In this document: piece by piece, positions 37,593 through 47,232 of the stretch
How positions within the stretch are numbered: the first letter of the stretch is position 1
How the letters are laid out: every line of letters starts with the position of its first letter
IMG/VR virus record: IMGVR_UViG_3300035208_008180
Source: a virus
Taxonomy: Duplodnaviria; Caudoviricetes
DNA: 64,000 bases
Strand: one strand, 5' to 3'
Program-made: the position numbers and the translations under genes
Notes under the pieces: generated by a model
Database searches by the model: none
Told to the model about the DNA's origin: nothing
The model's input: the letters and a program-made list of their open reading frames with translations, nothing else

Positions 37593-37597
37593 AAAAG

Positions 37598-37671
37598 TAC
37601 CCCGTATGGGATTCGAACCCATGATTTTCACCTTGAGAGGGTGACGACATAAACCGTTAGTCCAACGGGGC
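37598..37671 (-). tRNA. tRNA-Glu(CTC)
   Basis: TCACC-CTCTCAA-GGTGA. Confidence 0.9.
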
Positions 37672-37676
37672 ATGAG

Positions 37677-37749
37677 TAGCCGCAGGGTGAATCGAACACC
37701 CGTTTCCACCGTGTAAGGATGGCACTAAATACCACTCAGTTATGCGGCC
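37677..37749 (-). tRNA. tRNA-Val(TAC)
   Basis: CCATC-CTTACAC-GGTGG. Confidence 0.88.
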
Positions 37750-37762
37750 ATAAATAATATAG

Positions 37763-37834
37763 TAGCCCGTGACGGTTTCGATCCGTCTTCCGCTGCCTGA
37801 AAAACAGCTATCCTAGCCAGTAGACGAACGGGCC
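37763..37834 (-). tRNA. tRNA-Glu(TTC)
   Basis: GCTGT-TTTTCAG-GCAGC. Confidence 0.85.
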
Positions 37835-37844
37835 ATAACTAAAG

Positions 37845-37917
37845 TACCCTGTACGGGATTCGAACCCGTAATTTTCAGCTTGAAGGGCTGACGACATAAC
37901 CGTTAGTCCAACAGGGC
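37845..37917 (-). tRNA. tRNA-Glu(TTC)
   Basis: TCAGC-CCTTCAA-GCTGA; near-duplicate of 27203-27275. Confidence 0.88.
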
Positions 37918-37921
37918 AGAA

Positions 37922-38061
37922 ATGCATGGGATGATTCTTTCACTCTTCTAAGGAACGAAGCCGTAGCCGAATCTAATCAGGTGGCCATCTCCCTTTTGAT
38001 TCTACACCTACTTTATTTCGGAGCAAGCCCCCTAAAAAAGTGAAAGAATCACCCCATGCAT
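37922..38061 (-). ncRNA. 140-nt long-stem structured element
   Basis: About 33-bp closing stem ATGCATGGGGTGATTCTTTCACT../..AGTGAAAGAATCATCCCATGCAT with G.U pairs. Confidence 0.55.
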
Positions 38062-38489
38062 GTTACATGCATTTGGAAATTTAACCGAATTGTCAAAGAT
38101 CGGAGGGTTTACGACTACTTGCTTACCAAGCGTATTCGTCGTCCTACACCCACAGGTTTTACTTGAGGACTCTATCGAGCCACCAAGCGAAGTCTTTCAA
38201 CTCTGGATCGTTGTAAAGTTCGTGTTTGAAAAGAAGTTTTCGTTTGATGTCTTCTCTCCACATTTTAACCACTACATCCATCCAGTGTTTTCCGACCACG
38301 TATCCATTTATTTTGTTATCAAAAAGGTTGATTTTCATATTGCCTATACCTCGGGTTTCCCAGAGGTAAGCTTCCATCGCCGCCTCATCCGAAAAATCAA
38401 AATGTTCTTCGGAGAAGTAGCGGTAGATCGGCTTGAACTTCAACCAATTTTCACTGATGCCAAACGCATTTTATTTCCCCTTTGTCAAT

Positions 38490-38528
38490 AAAAAAACCCG
38501 GACTCAAGTTTCCTTGATCCGGGTTTTG
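38490..38528 (-). terminator. intrinsic terminator
   Basis: AAAACCCGGA..TCCGGGTTTT hairpin with T-tract. Confidence 0.7.
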
Positions 38529-38837
38529 ATTTTCTTCCGGCTCAAGGTTTTGCCCCTGAGCCTTGTCTAGCTCAGGGTCAAATGGCGGTATTATCTTCGA
38601 CTTCTGGACGTACCGCCACTGTGGGTATTGTTGTACCCTCAGGTGCCGGTCGTCTTGTTGTTCCGAAGAAATTACTCATCATTTGACCCTTAAAATAGCG
38701 AAACTTGGATGGGTTGGTTGTCTTAGGCGGTTGGGTAAAACCCAAACCCTCGACCAATGCTCCAAATCTCACTACCTCCTTTATATAGTACGTTCGAGAA
38801 AAAATCAAGCCCAAATTCCGAAAAATTTTTTTCTAAG

Positions 38838-38965
38838 TCCGACGACCCGGAATCGAACCGGCTATTACCCGAATGTTGCAACACCCAAAGTAACTTGAGC
38901 ATCAAGCCATTTCGCACCCAAAATCTACCCATATGTCTCGAATTTGGATACGTGCCTGTCATCGG
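38838..38965 (-). ncRNA. 8/4 tRNA-like RNA with expanded D-loop and long V-arm
   Basis: CCGATGAC/GTCGTCGG-A; CCGG-TTCGATT-CCGG; GCAC/GTGC. Confidence 0.6.
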
Positions 38966-38970
38966 TCATC

Positions 38971-38998
38971 ATTATACTTCAGATTTCGCCGTTGTAAA
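38971..38998 (-). promoter_or_regulatory. phage promoter TTTACAA-N9-CTGAAGTATAAT
   Basis: Repeated motif. Confidence 0.75.
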
Positions 38999-39007
38999 CC
39001 AAAAAAA

Positions 39008-39251
39008 ATGGCAGGTTGGGCTTGAGTACCAACTACGAACTTTGAACACCAATTTTTCGTTATTTCCCCAACGTATCAAGTGCCGTGTCTTCGTTGGGTC
39101 GGTGCCAGGGTCTAATCGCTTTGTCCTTTCCCTTGCGGGGAAGGCACGAAGTAGTCACCTACACTCACCGGGCACTACCGGATAGCTCGTGTCACCCAGT
39201 AGGCTTTCGCCTACCCTCATTGCGAAGCGTGTCCATCCACGCCGCTGCCAT
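39008..39251 (-). ncRNA. 244-nt RNA with tRNA-like acceptor, D and T arms and a large central domain
   Basis: ATGGCAG/CTGCCAT; GCGT-GGATGGAC-ACGC; GTTGG-TACTCAAGC-CCAAC; GNRA hairpins; U-tract. Confidence 0.65.
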
Positions 39252-39276
39252 ACACCGAGGTGTATCTGACAATGCC

Positions 39277-39304
39277 ATTATACTTCAGTGCCTGGATTTG
39301 TAAA
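39277..39304 (-). promoter_or_regulatory. phage promoter TTTACAA-N9-CTGAAGTATAAT
   Basis: Repeated motif. Confidence 0.75.
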
Positions 39305-39535
39305 GTCCGAATCCAGCCATTTGCAACATTCGTCAAAACCCTCAATGTGGAGGGATTGCTCTTCCTCTGTCAGTTCAACCTCTGGCGGTATTTTGACGGG
39401 CATTGGTCCAAAAAACGTATCTCGGAAAATGCCGGAAGAATTGATTTCATAGACAGCCCAAGCACCACCATAACCATCAGAGGTTATCTTGAGAATCCAT
39501 TCTTTTAATTTCATGATTTAATGTCCTAAAAGAAG

Positions 39536-39709
39536 CGTGGGGGGTAGGCATCGAACCTACGTCTTTGGTTCCGCAAACCACTGTCTTTACGCATCAATAT
39601 CCTTGCATCTTCTTTCCGACCAGCTTTCGTCGGATGTCCAAAACAACAATATCAATGCGTCCTGCCGTAGTATGTACACTTAGGCGGCAGCCAACTAAAC
39701 GACTCCCAC
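39536..39709 (-). tRNA. tRNA-Arg(GCG) with ~100-nt structured D-loop insert
   Basis: GTGGGAG/CCCCCAC-G; TGGT-TTGCGGA-ACCA; GTAGG-TTCGATG-CCTAC. Confidence 0.75.
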
Positions 39710-39713
39710 ATAA

Positions 39714-40172
39714 TCAGTTGAAAGTTGCTGAGTCTACAAGTTTGGCAAGGACGCTCATTACGAATTGCTTGCTCATGCCCTCGGAGTCACAATGTGGTTT
39801 TCCATCTTTGAGATAAAAAACCACTTCTCCAAAGCCTGCCGAGACGGTGGCCCAATGTATCCCAAAGCTGCTTTCCAATTCAACTTTAGTTACATTCCAA
39901 TCAGGCTCTTTGCCAGTATTGATGGCATCCAACATGGAATCAAGAGCACTAGGGTCTTTTGCCTCAACTTTACCTTCCCGGCAAAGTCTGGCGATGTTTT
40001 GTCTTTCTTCTTCGCTAGCTTCTTGGGGCGACGGGCCAAAATATGTGTCTACCGTCTCTCTGAGAAATTGTTCGGTGGCTTCTGTGCCAATCAATTTCTC
40101 CAATTCACGCAATTCCTCAATAGGCTCTTCCTCAATAGGTTCATCACCCATGATCTTTCCTTCCATATTCAT
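39714..40172 (-). CDS. acidic hypothetical protein
   Basis: ORF track. Confidence 0.65.
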   Translation of the reverse strand: MNMEGKIMGDEPIEEEPIEELRELEKLIGTEATEQFLRETVDTYFGPSPQEASEEERQNIARLCREGKVEAKDPSALDSMLDAINTGKEPDWNVTKVELESSFGIHWATVSAGFGEVVFYLKDGKPHCDSEGMSKQFVMSVLAKLVDSATFN

Positions 40173-40416
40173 TTAGTGTTCTGCGTCCCCGTGCTCGTTC
40201 TTCATAGTGGTCAAAACACATAGCCAGTGGTTGTTTGTCTTTATTCCACCACAACAACACATCAGCAGCTTTGCCGCAGATAACGGGTTCAGATTTGGGT
40301 CCATTAGAAAAATCAACGACAAACATACAGACATGTTCCTCTTTTGGAGGGACTGAAGTAACCCAATCTGGGTCTCCCGGCACCCGTTTGCGGTATCTGC
40401 GTTGTTTCATACAGGC

Positions 40417-40444
40417 ATTATACTTCAGAAAAGCCCGTTGTAAA
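40417..40444 (-). promoter_or_regulatory. phage promoter TTTACAA-N9-CTGAAGTATAAT
   Basis: Repeated motif. Confidence 0.75.
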
Positions 40445-40731
40445 CCCGTTAAATCTATGCCCCTACCCCCTAAATACAGTATGGCAGAAGTTAAACCTAT
40501 TTTTGGCAGTGAAATCAAATACAGCAATGCCAATAACCAATTATCAAGATTACAGAATCTATTAAATCAAACAGTCAATATCACTCCTGTTTTGCCTCCA
40601 GTGAGCGGCATTATGGCATTAACAATAATTGAAAAATCAAACAATAAACTATCCCAATTACAAAGTCAATTAGATCACATACATAATATTGCCCAAAATG
40701 GGGCAACCAATGTCTGAATAAGTGGAGAAAC

Positions 40732-41073
40732 ATGGCCGACTACACAGCAACTGGAAAAATAACCATTAAAGGTTGTGCTCTTCCAATTAAAGTCACCGAA
40801 TATTATACATTTCCTTTTGGAATAGGGTCTGTACTCTATGTTATTGCCAAGGCACGAAAAGGCGTTTTAGAAAAAGTGGTAATAAAAAAAGTAAACCTTA
40901 CAGGCTTTGATGGCAAAGCCCCGGTCTACAATTATGTGGATACCACAAACCGAGTATGGTTTGAAAGAGAACTAACATGGCAATCCACAGCAATTGAACT
41001 TGCCACGAATTTTATAGAAACAGAGATCGCACAATATCAATGCGATGAGAATGTAGTAGTGTCCTACTCTTGA
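40732..41073 (+). CDS. hypothetical protein
   Basis: GGAG SD. Confidence 0.7.
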   Translation: MADYTATGKITIKGCALPIKVTEYYTFPFGIGSVLYVIAKARKGVLEKVVIKKVNLTGFDGKAPVYNYVDTTNRVWFERELTWQSTAIELATNFIETEIAQYQCDENVVVSYS

Positions 41074-42125
41074 TATTCCGGCAGCGGGCGAGCAACATAA
41101 GGAATGTCATAAAGCATCTGCAAACTCGCTGCTCCGTACAAGCTACCGTGTCCCAAAAGATTGACACAGAAGGAGCTACAGTCTGACGGAACAATAGCCT
41201 GAATTTCATTCACTTCTTGCAAAGCTCCACAAGGAACAATTTGTGTTGTTGTAGGAGCACCTTTCACATAAGTGTGGCCATGAAGCATGAAGTTGATGCG
41301 GGGAAACAATTTGTAAAGAGCCAGTTGAATTGGCGTGTCCACAGAGGGCTTATCTGTGCCGTAATAAGCGACATATCCCTCTGCTTTCTCAACGGCAACA
41401 AATCCGTCTCTATCAATCCCTCGCTTATCAATATTTCTTTTAGATACAAAAATTATTTGCTTGTGTCGAAAAGATGGAAATCCATTCAAGCAACGAAATG
41501 ATACATTGCCCAAAAATCTTTCCGTTTCGGCGGCAACAAGCTCATGAAATCTCTGAGCGTGTCTACGCACCATATCAAAAAATTCTGTTTGCCACTCTGT
41601 TTCTGGGAACGGGATGGCTTCGCCAATCCGCATACTGGGCTGTCTTGTAAAGCCTCGTAGCACACTAAGACGTTTGAACAATGCCGATGCCAACACAGCA
41701 ATGGAGGGAGTTTGTTTAAGAAAGCAATTGCCGAGAGGGTCTAAAACAGCGGCAGAAACAAAACCATTGTTCTTTTGAAGCTCTATCAACAAATTACTTT
41801 TTGTTTGCAGGGCTCTAGAAACCAGATGCAAAGGGCCATACTTACTGGCATCGTTTCGCTTGGATGTCACCAACATGCAAGTTGGATGATTCTTTTTGAT
41901 TTCCCTAACCAATTTGGGTTTGTCATTAGGAACATCGGCAAGCCAAAAAATGGTATCAAAATCCCTGAATACAATTCTTTCCAAATCTTCGAACTTGCCA
42001 CCATTGTAGAATTGATACTCTAAAACACTCCCTTGTCGCAAACACTCATCGACAAACTTCCTGCCATAGGAAGATGGCCGTCCACCCGAATCGTCATAGG
42101 TGCCTACAACAAAAAGTGTTTTCAT
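41064..42125 (-). CDS. class II aldolase/adducin-domain protein
   Basis: GNVSFR, KPSVDT, MLHGH, LLGHG. Confidence 0.75.
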   Translation of the reverse strand: MKTLFVVGTYDDSGGRPSSYGRKFVDECLRQGSVLEYQFYNGGKFEDLERIVFRDFDTIFWLADVPNDKPKLVREIKKNHPTCMLVTSKRNDASKYGPLHLVSRALQTKSNLLIELQKNNGFVSAAVLDPLGNCFLKQTPSIAVLASALFKRLSVLRGFTRQPSMRIGEAIPFPETEWQTEFFDMVRRHAQRFHELVAAETERFLGNVSFRCLNGFPSFRHKQIIFVSKRNIDKRGIDRDGFVAVEKAEGYVAYYGTDKPSVDTPIQLALYKLFPRINFMLHGHTYVKGAPTTTQIVPCGALQEVNEIQAIVPSDCSSFCVNLLGHGSLYGAASLQMLYDIPYVARPLPEYQE

Positions 42126-42607
42126 CAGAATTCATCAATTATGTCATCAACATCCTTGCCGTATTCATCTGCCACTGCCTGGGCTCGATTGAGGAATTTT
42201 TCCATTTTTGCGTGGAGTGCATCGGCGGCTTTTTTGACTTCTTTGTTATCACGCAAAATATCTGCTGCGTCTGGCATATCGTTTACATTGATATCCAGTT
42301 CGATATCCTCTTCAAAATCGCCCGAGTGACCATTACAATCAATTTGTACCTCAAGCTCTGTGGGGTAAGTAATTGTAAGATATTCCGTATCTTGCGTGTC
42401 ACTCCACAATTCACGCAACTCATCCATTACATTTTCAGGAATTTCCCTCTCTTCTTCACCCGTCGTCAGCACAATCCCACCATCCTCTTCTTCACAGTGG
42501 CATCGATGATCTTTGGGGGTTCCCAATAGTTTTTGACCAGCATCGATAATGGATTGCAATTGATCTTTGGGCAATCCCTTCAATAACGCAAGCAGTGTGT
42601 CGTCCAT
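42125..42607 (-). CDS. acidic hypothetical protein
   Basis: GGAG SD. Confidence 0.7.
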   Translation of the reverse strand: MDDTLLALLKGLPKDQLQSIIDAGQKLLGTPKDHRCHCEEEDGGIVLTTGEEEREIPENVMDELRELWSDTQDTEYLTITYPTELEVQIDCNGHSGDFEEDIELDINVNDMPDAADILRDNKEVKKAADALHAKMEKFLNRAQAVADEYGKDVDDIIDEF

Positions 42608-42616
42608 CTTTATCTC

Positions 42617-43801
42617 CTAGTATGACCAACGGCGACCATAGCCACCATTACCTGTCGGGTTATTCTCATCAAATTGATTAAATATTGACCAAGTTGAGCA
42701 ACCAGCCGTAATCAAAAGCGTAACAATGTATGTGGTCCAAATTGACCACATGGGTGGATCAACTGTCAAATAGCTAAAATCTTTGAAATGCTTTCTGGCA
42801 AATTGTTTGCAGGATTCGTTGCTCATATACACGGCTGCATCCATCAAATCCAGCTTCTTCTGCCCCAGTATGTGTTGCCGCACATCGATTTTGAGCCGTT
42901 CACTTTCCGTCCATGAAAAAACATAGCACCATTTGATTTCTTGCTTCGCATTAGTGCCAATGCAAACTACCAATTCATTTTTATTGCCCCCCATCCACAA
43001 CGACTCTTGATCGATGGCGGTTTGCAAAGATTTGTCATTGTAAACTAAAATCCACATTCGAATTTGTTTCTCTTGTCCCAATTCAGCATTACGGGTGCAA
43101 AGAAAACGATTTGCGGGATCGCTCTCGGACACCCCCAAAATGCTGGGCACATTAGTTTCATCTTCTAGGCTGGGATAATCAAATAAGTCTGTTTTATCTT
43201 CTATCTTGGGGAATTTGAAAACAGAGTGCGAGGCTTGCACACGATTTTCATATTGATGGGAAGTTGTCAACACAATCATTGTGTCTCTTTTTTGATCCCA
43301 ATTCGTCCAATTGATTCCACCATCGCCACGGGAAGTTTGATTGACATGAATCACATTTTGATGATGCTTATTGTGCCACAGCTTTGTTAACTGATGGTAA
43401 TAATCACGGCTGATGCTTCGGGTAAGTCCGTTGTTGTCAACCATCCAAAACTCATCAGGGTGGTGGACAATGCGGTGTTCCCAATGAGCGGGAACATCCA
43501 CAACATAACGACTCGTTTGATTCTTGCCACTTCCGCTATATTCAGTATGCCCTTGTTCGGGGATATATTCGTCCCACTCCTCTGTCCATCGCTCTTGGAA
43601 TTTGGCTTGCGTAACATAGCCAGTCCAATATTCCGTATCGGCAGTAAGACAGGTTTCCACACCACATTTCATCAAAGCGATGAAGATGAGGCATACCCCC
43701 ACTGGAATAAGCAATTCCCACCATACAATTAGGTGTTTAAACCCGAAGTACAGGAAAGGGGCAGCCAGAATGGGGATTATCAGGGCAAACCAAATTATCA
43801 T
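42617..43801 (-). CDS. membrane protein (two N-terminal TM, one C-terminal TM)
   Basis: GGAGG SD before MIIWFAL. Confidence 0.8.
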   Translation of the reverse strand: MIIWFALIIPILAAPFLYFGFKHLIVWWELLIPVGVCLIFIALMKCGVETCLTADTEYWTGYVTQAKFQERWTEEWDEYIPEQGHTEYSGSGKNQTSRYVVDVPAHWEHRIVHHPDEFWMVDNNGLTRSISRDYYHQLTKLWHNKHHQNVIHVNQTSRGDGGINWTNWDQKRDTMIVLTTSHQYENRVQASHSVFKFPKIEDKTDLFDYPSLEDETNVPSILGVSESDPANRFLCTRNAELGQEKQIRMWILVYNDKSLQTAIDQESLWMGGNKNELVVCIGTNAKQEIKWCYVFSWTESERLKIDVRQHILGQKKLDLMDAAVYMSNESCKQFARKHFKDFSYLTVDPPMWSIWTTYIVTLLITAGCSTWSIFNQFDENNPTGNGGYGRRWSY

Positions 43802-43816
43802 TTTCACCTCCACAAC

Positions 43817-43844
43817 ATTATACTTCAGGAATGGAGGTTGTAAA
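43817..43844 (-). promoter_or_regulatory. phage promoter TTTACAA-N9-CTGAAGTATAAT
   Basis: Repeated motif. Confidence 0.75.
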
Positions 43845-45166
43845 CTCAATCGTGGTGGTCATCAGGCCCCTTACACGAGCTTTCCGATGATATTTCCATA
43901 CTGATGTCTACAAGCATCCCAGCATCTTCGCAGGCTTTTAATACTGCCTGGGAGAAATTGCCCAAAGCAATTACCAAAAATGCTGGTAAATTTCCGTTTG
44001 AAACCACGTCCTTATTTTTGGCAAATTGACGCACAGATATCGATAATTCTGTTGCTTCCTTCATTTTCATTTCCTTCACGATTAATGCCAATGAGTAAAG
44101 ACATGCAACCCTACATCAAATGGCGGCAAAGTGATGCCCAGTTTCTCGGCTTCTTTTTTAATTGCTGCAATAATTGCAATTCTTTTCACACCAATAACAG
44201 ATTGCAGCGTTTCAACTTCAAAACTAACTTCTATTCCTTCGCTTTCTTCCCTTGCTTTTGCAATCACTTCACCAAAGTAAATATAATTGCCATTCATGCC
44301 ATCCGTCACCAGTGTCAGTCCATTGCAACTAGTGACTTTATCCTGGTATGCGTTGTCATCGTATGGCTCAGTTAGCTCATAGTCGTCATCGGGAGTCTCG
44401 AACTCATTGTATTTGAATTTGGCTCCAAACATCACATATTCACAACGATGGCAACCCATTATTTGACTCCCAGACAAGCACATATAATGTTGGTTATTGT
44501 TGCCAATTGATCGTAAGTCTCTGAGTCCATTGTGAACTCCTCGATCCCACAACCAAGATAACCTTCCTCATCTTTTCTGGGATCATCCTTGAAATAAAAA
44601 TCAATATCTTGATATTCGCCATTATGGTGAAGTACCACCACATCGTGAAGATTTGGGCAAACCTTCAAAATCACATACATGGCGTGTTCGCCCAAATCAA
44701 TCAAATGAGATTTGGTGCAATCATCAAGATTCATTATCCCAACTCCCCGGCAATGGCTTCCAACTCAAGCTCAGCCCGCAGTTCGGGGCTGATAATTGCA
44801 TTCAATCGCCCTTCAAGTGTTTCTAGAGACTTTTTCTTAGAAGCAATTTGAACCTTGTTGATTCTTGCCTTGATGTCTGCAACCCAGTCCGAAACTGAAA
44901 AACCATCCCACGTAAACAATGGGGCGTCTACCTCCATAGCAGCCGCAGCCGTTGCATACGTGCGTTCTTTGTCCATTAAAAATGCAGCCATACCAATGAG
45001 GTTCTTCACACTCGCCTCAACATGAATATTGGTGCGACCTGCCACATTGCCTTCAATGTAGCCAAATGAACAATTGGTAATCCAATTGGGTTTTTCAATC
45101 TTGGAAATCTCTTCCTTCCTCCGCTTGACTTCCTTGATTAGGTCAAGTGTTTTCTGATCTGTTTTC

Positions 45167-46279
45167 TTAGCCATCTGCTTCTCCTTCTTGTAATAGGCGA
45201 CGTTCTGAAAATCTAAACTGAGAACCACTTTCCAACTCTACATACAAATGCAAATTTGTTGGCTCAATCCAAGACTCACTGCCACAACGGCGTTGATCTC
45301 CTGGTCGGTAAGTATAGCGACTATTCCATTCGTGGTGCAACACACCGTCTTTGAGAAAAACTCTCTCTCTAGTCTCCACATAATCTACTTTTGTGGGATC
45401 ATCATATTTGTAGTGTGTCGCACACTCCACATACTCTTCATTGGGAAGTTTTGCAAACCAAAAATCGTAATCCCAGTAATTTTTTCTGGGTTTTGGAGCG
45501 TATTCTTTTGTAAATAATCTTGCGACTTTGCTGCCGTAGATAGATTTGGCAAACTTGTCCATAAGTTCAGCATAATTCGGCACAGGTGTTGACGAATTAC
45601 AAACTGCCAAAGATTTTACATTATCCAACAGCACAAAATCTTCCTTGCCAACTTTGACAAACACCCACTTCTTGAGAGGTGTTTTATTAGATGGAAAACC
45701 CTTATGGTCCAATTCCACAGTATAATGGCAATCGAACTTGCCCAAATAAATCAGAACCCCCTGTTTCTTCGTTGTGTAAGATGCCCCCGGAATCAAATCC
45801 TTGGCCTTAACACCCTGCCCCTGAAGCTCGGTGAAATTCTGCGAATTTTTATAATCCTGAGAACATGCGGGCAGCAAAACCAACTCCGTCCCATCCCAAG
45901 CAAAAACAAACTTTCCTTCAAGTCCTTTGCCCCGACTACAATCGCATTCCCGCAGAATGAAAAGCAAATTAGCAACTGAAATTTCAAACTCGAAATCTCG
46001 GGGATCATACACCCGAATATATTCATTGCGAGCATTCCAACCATATGAATGTCGGGCTCCTCCTACACCCTTATTCAAAACAAACCCTTCGGTTGGCACA
46101 TTGGAACACTCAATTGGATCAATCTTTTTATCCCGCCAAGACTGCCAAGATTTCTCTTTCCTGAGAACGCCTTTCTGGTCATAATAAATCACATATGCCA
46201 ATTTCTTGGTATAGGTGCCCTCCCTATTTTGGAAGCCCACCTTGATTTTCTCTGGAATGAATAGCTGTTTTTGATCCAT
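45167..46279 (-). CDS. large-phage hypothetical protein
   Basis: Long ORF with AGGAG SD. Confidence 0.8.
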   Translation of the reverse strand: MDQKQLFIPEKIKVGFQNREGTYTKKLAYVIYYDQKGVLRKEKSWQSWRDKKIDPIECSNVPTEGFVLNKGVGGARHSYGWNARNEYIRVYDPRDFEFEISVANLLFILRECDCSRGKGLEGKFVFAWDGTELVLLPACSQDYKNSQNFTELQGQGVKAKDLIPGASYTTKKQGVLIYLGKFDCHYTVELDHKGFPSNKTPLKKWVFVKVGKEDFVLLDNVKSLAVCNSSTPVPNYAELMDKFAKSIYGSKVARLFTKEYAPKPRKNYWDYDFWFAKLPNEEYVECATHYKYDDPTKVDYVETRERVFLKDGVLHHEWNSRYTYRPGDQRRCGSESWIEPTNLHLYVELESGSQFRFSERRLLQEGEADG

Positions 46280-47232
46280 GATTTACTCTCCTTGTGAAAT
46301 TACGCTGGCATATTTTTTACGAAGCTGTGCTATTCGTTCCATTTGCTCAGGGGTCCAGGGCTCCATCGGCTTGCATATTTTCCCCAATACATCCAGACAA
46401 ATAGCCAGCCGTGCCATATCCTCTGTGCATTCGCTGCCAGTAACGGCGGCAACTTCCTTGACATACTGATCGATATCAGCTTGTTTTATATCGGCTTCAA
46501 ACACATCTGTAAGAGCGAGCCAATTGTCAAGAAGGTAGCTCAAGAAAAAATGTTTGGTTTTTTCCCGCAAATCAAAACAAAATCGATCTTGCACCGTTTT
46601 TATAAATGCTTCTTTCATTTTGCACCTATGTTGTCATCTGCGGCTTGGTAAATACAATATCCGTATTTCCTACCCTTGTATTTCCATGCCTTGCTTTTAA
46701 TTTTCGTTTCGCTCACACAGAATTGTCCAACGTAGCGAGGGCGATGATTCTTGCGATGTTCGATGACTATGAAATTGCCATCATCTTTGGTGTTTCCAAC
46801 AGGATGATACGCTAGACCCGCCAAATCAGTGGAGAACATTTCATGATCGTTAAAAAAATCCGACAACACATCATGGAAATCGTGAACCCAAACATCACCC
46901 TTTTTTGTTGCTTTATGTGGAAATTTCATTTCATACCTCGAAAGAAACAGCCGCCCGTTTGGGCTTATCCATCATATGTCTTCGCTCACAATATTTTATA
47001 TCAAAAGCGTTTGCAATTATTTCTTTTTGTTCTTTCCATTCTAAATGCTCAAGTTTATTTTCTGTGTCTCCCCAAAACTTTGGCCAATCAATATGATAAG
47101 CAACGAATGTTAATTCAGCCAAATGCTGAATTACTCGTTTTTGAATTTTCCACTCGGGCCAAGTTACATGACTTTCATACGAAGTCATCCATGCGTCAAA
47201 TACCCCAAAAATATGTTCCCATTTTTTATCCA

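Noticed and set aside
37922-38061. Retron msr-msd
   Set aside because: No reverse transcriptase in the window
39588-39690. Group I or II intron in the D-loop insert
   Set aside because: Too short; no P7/R-S or domain V motifs visible
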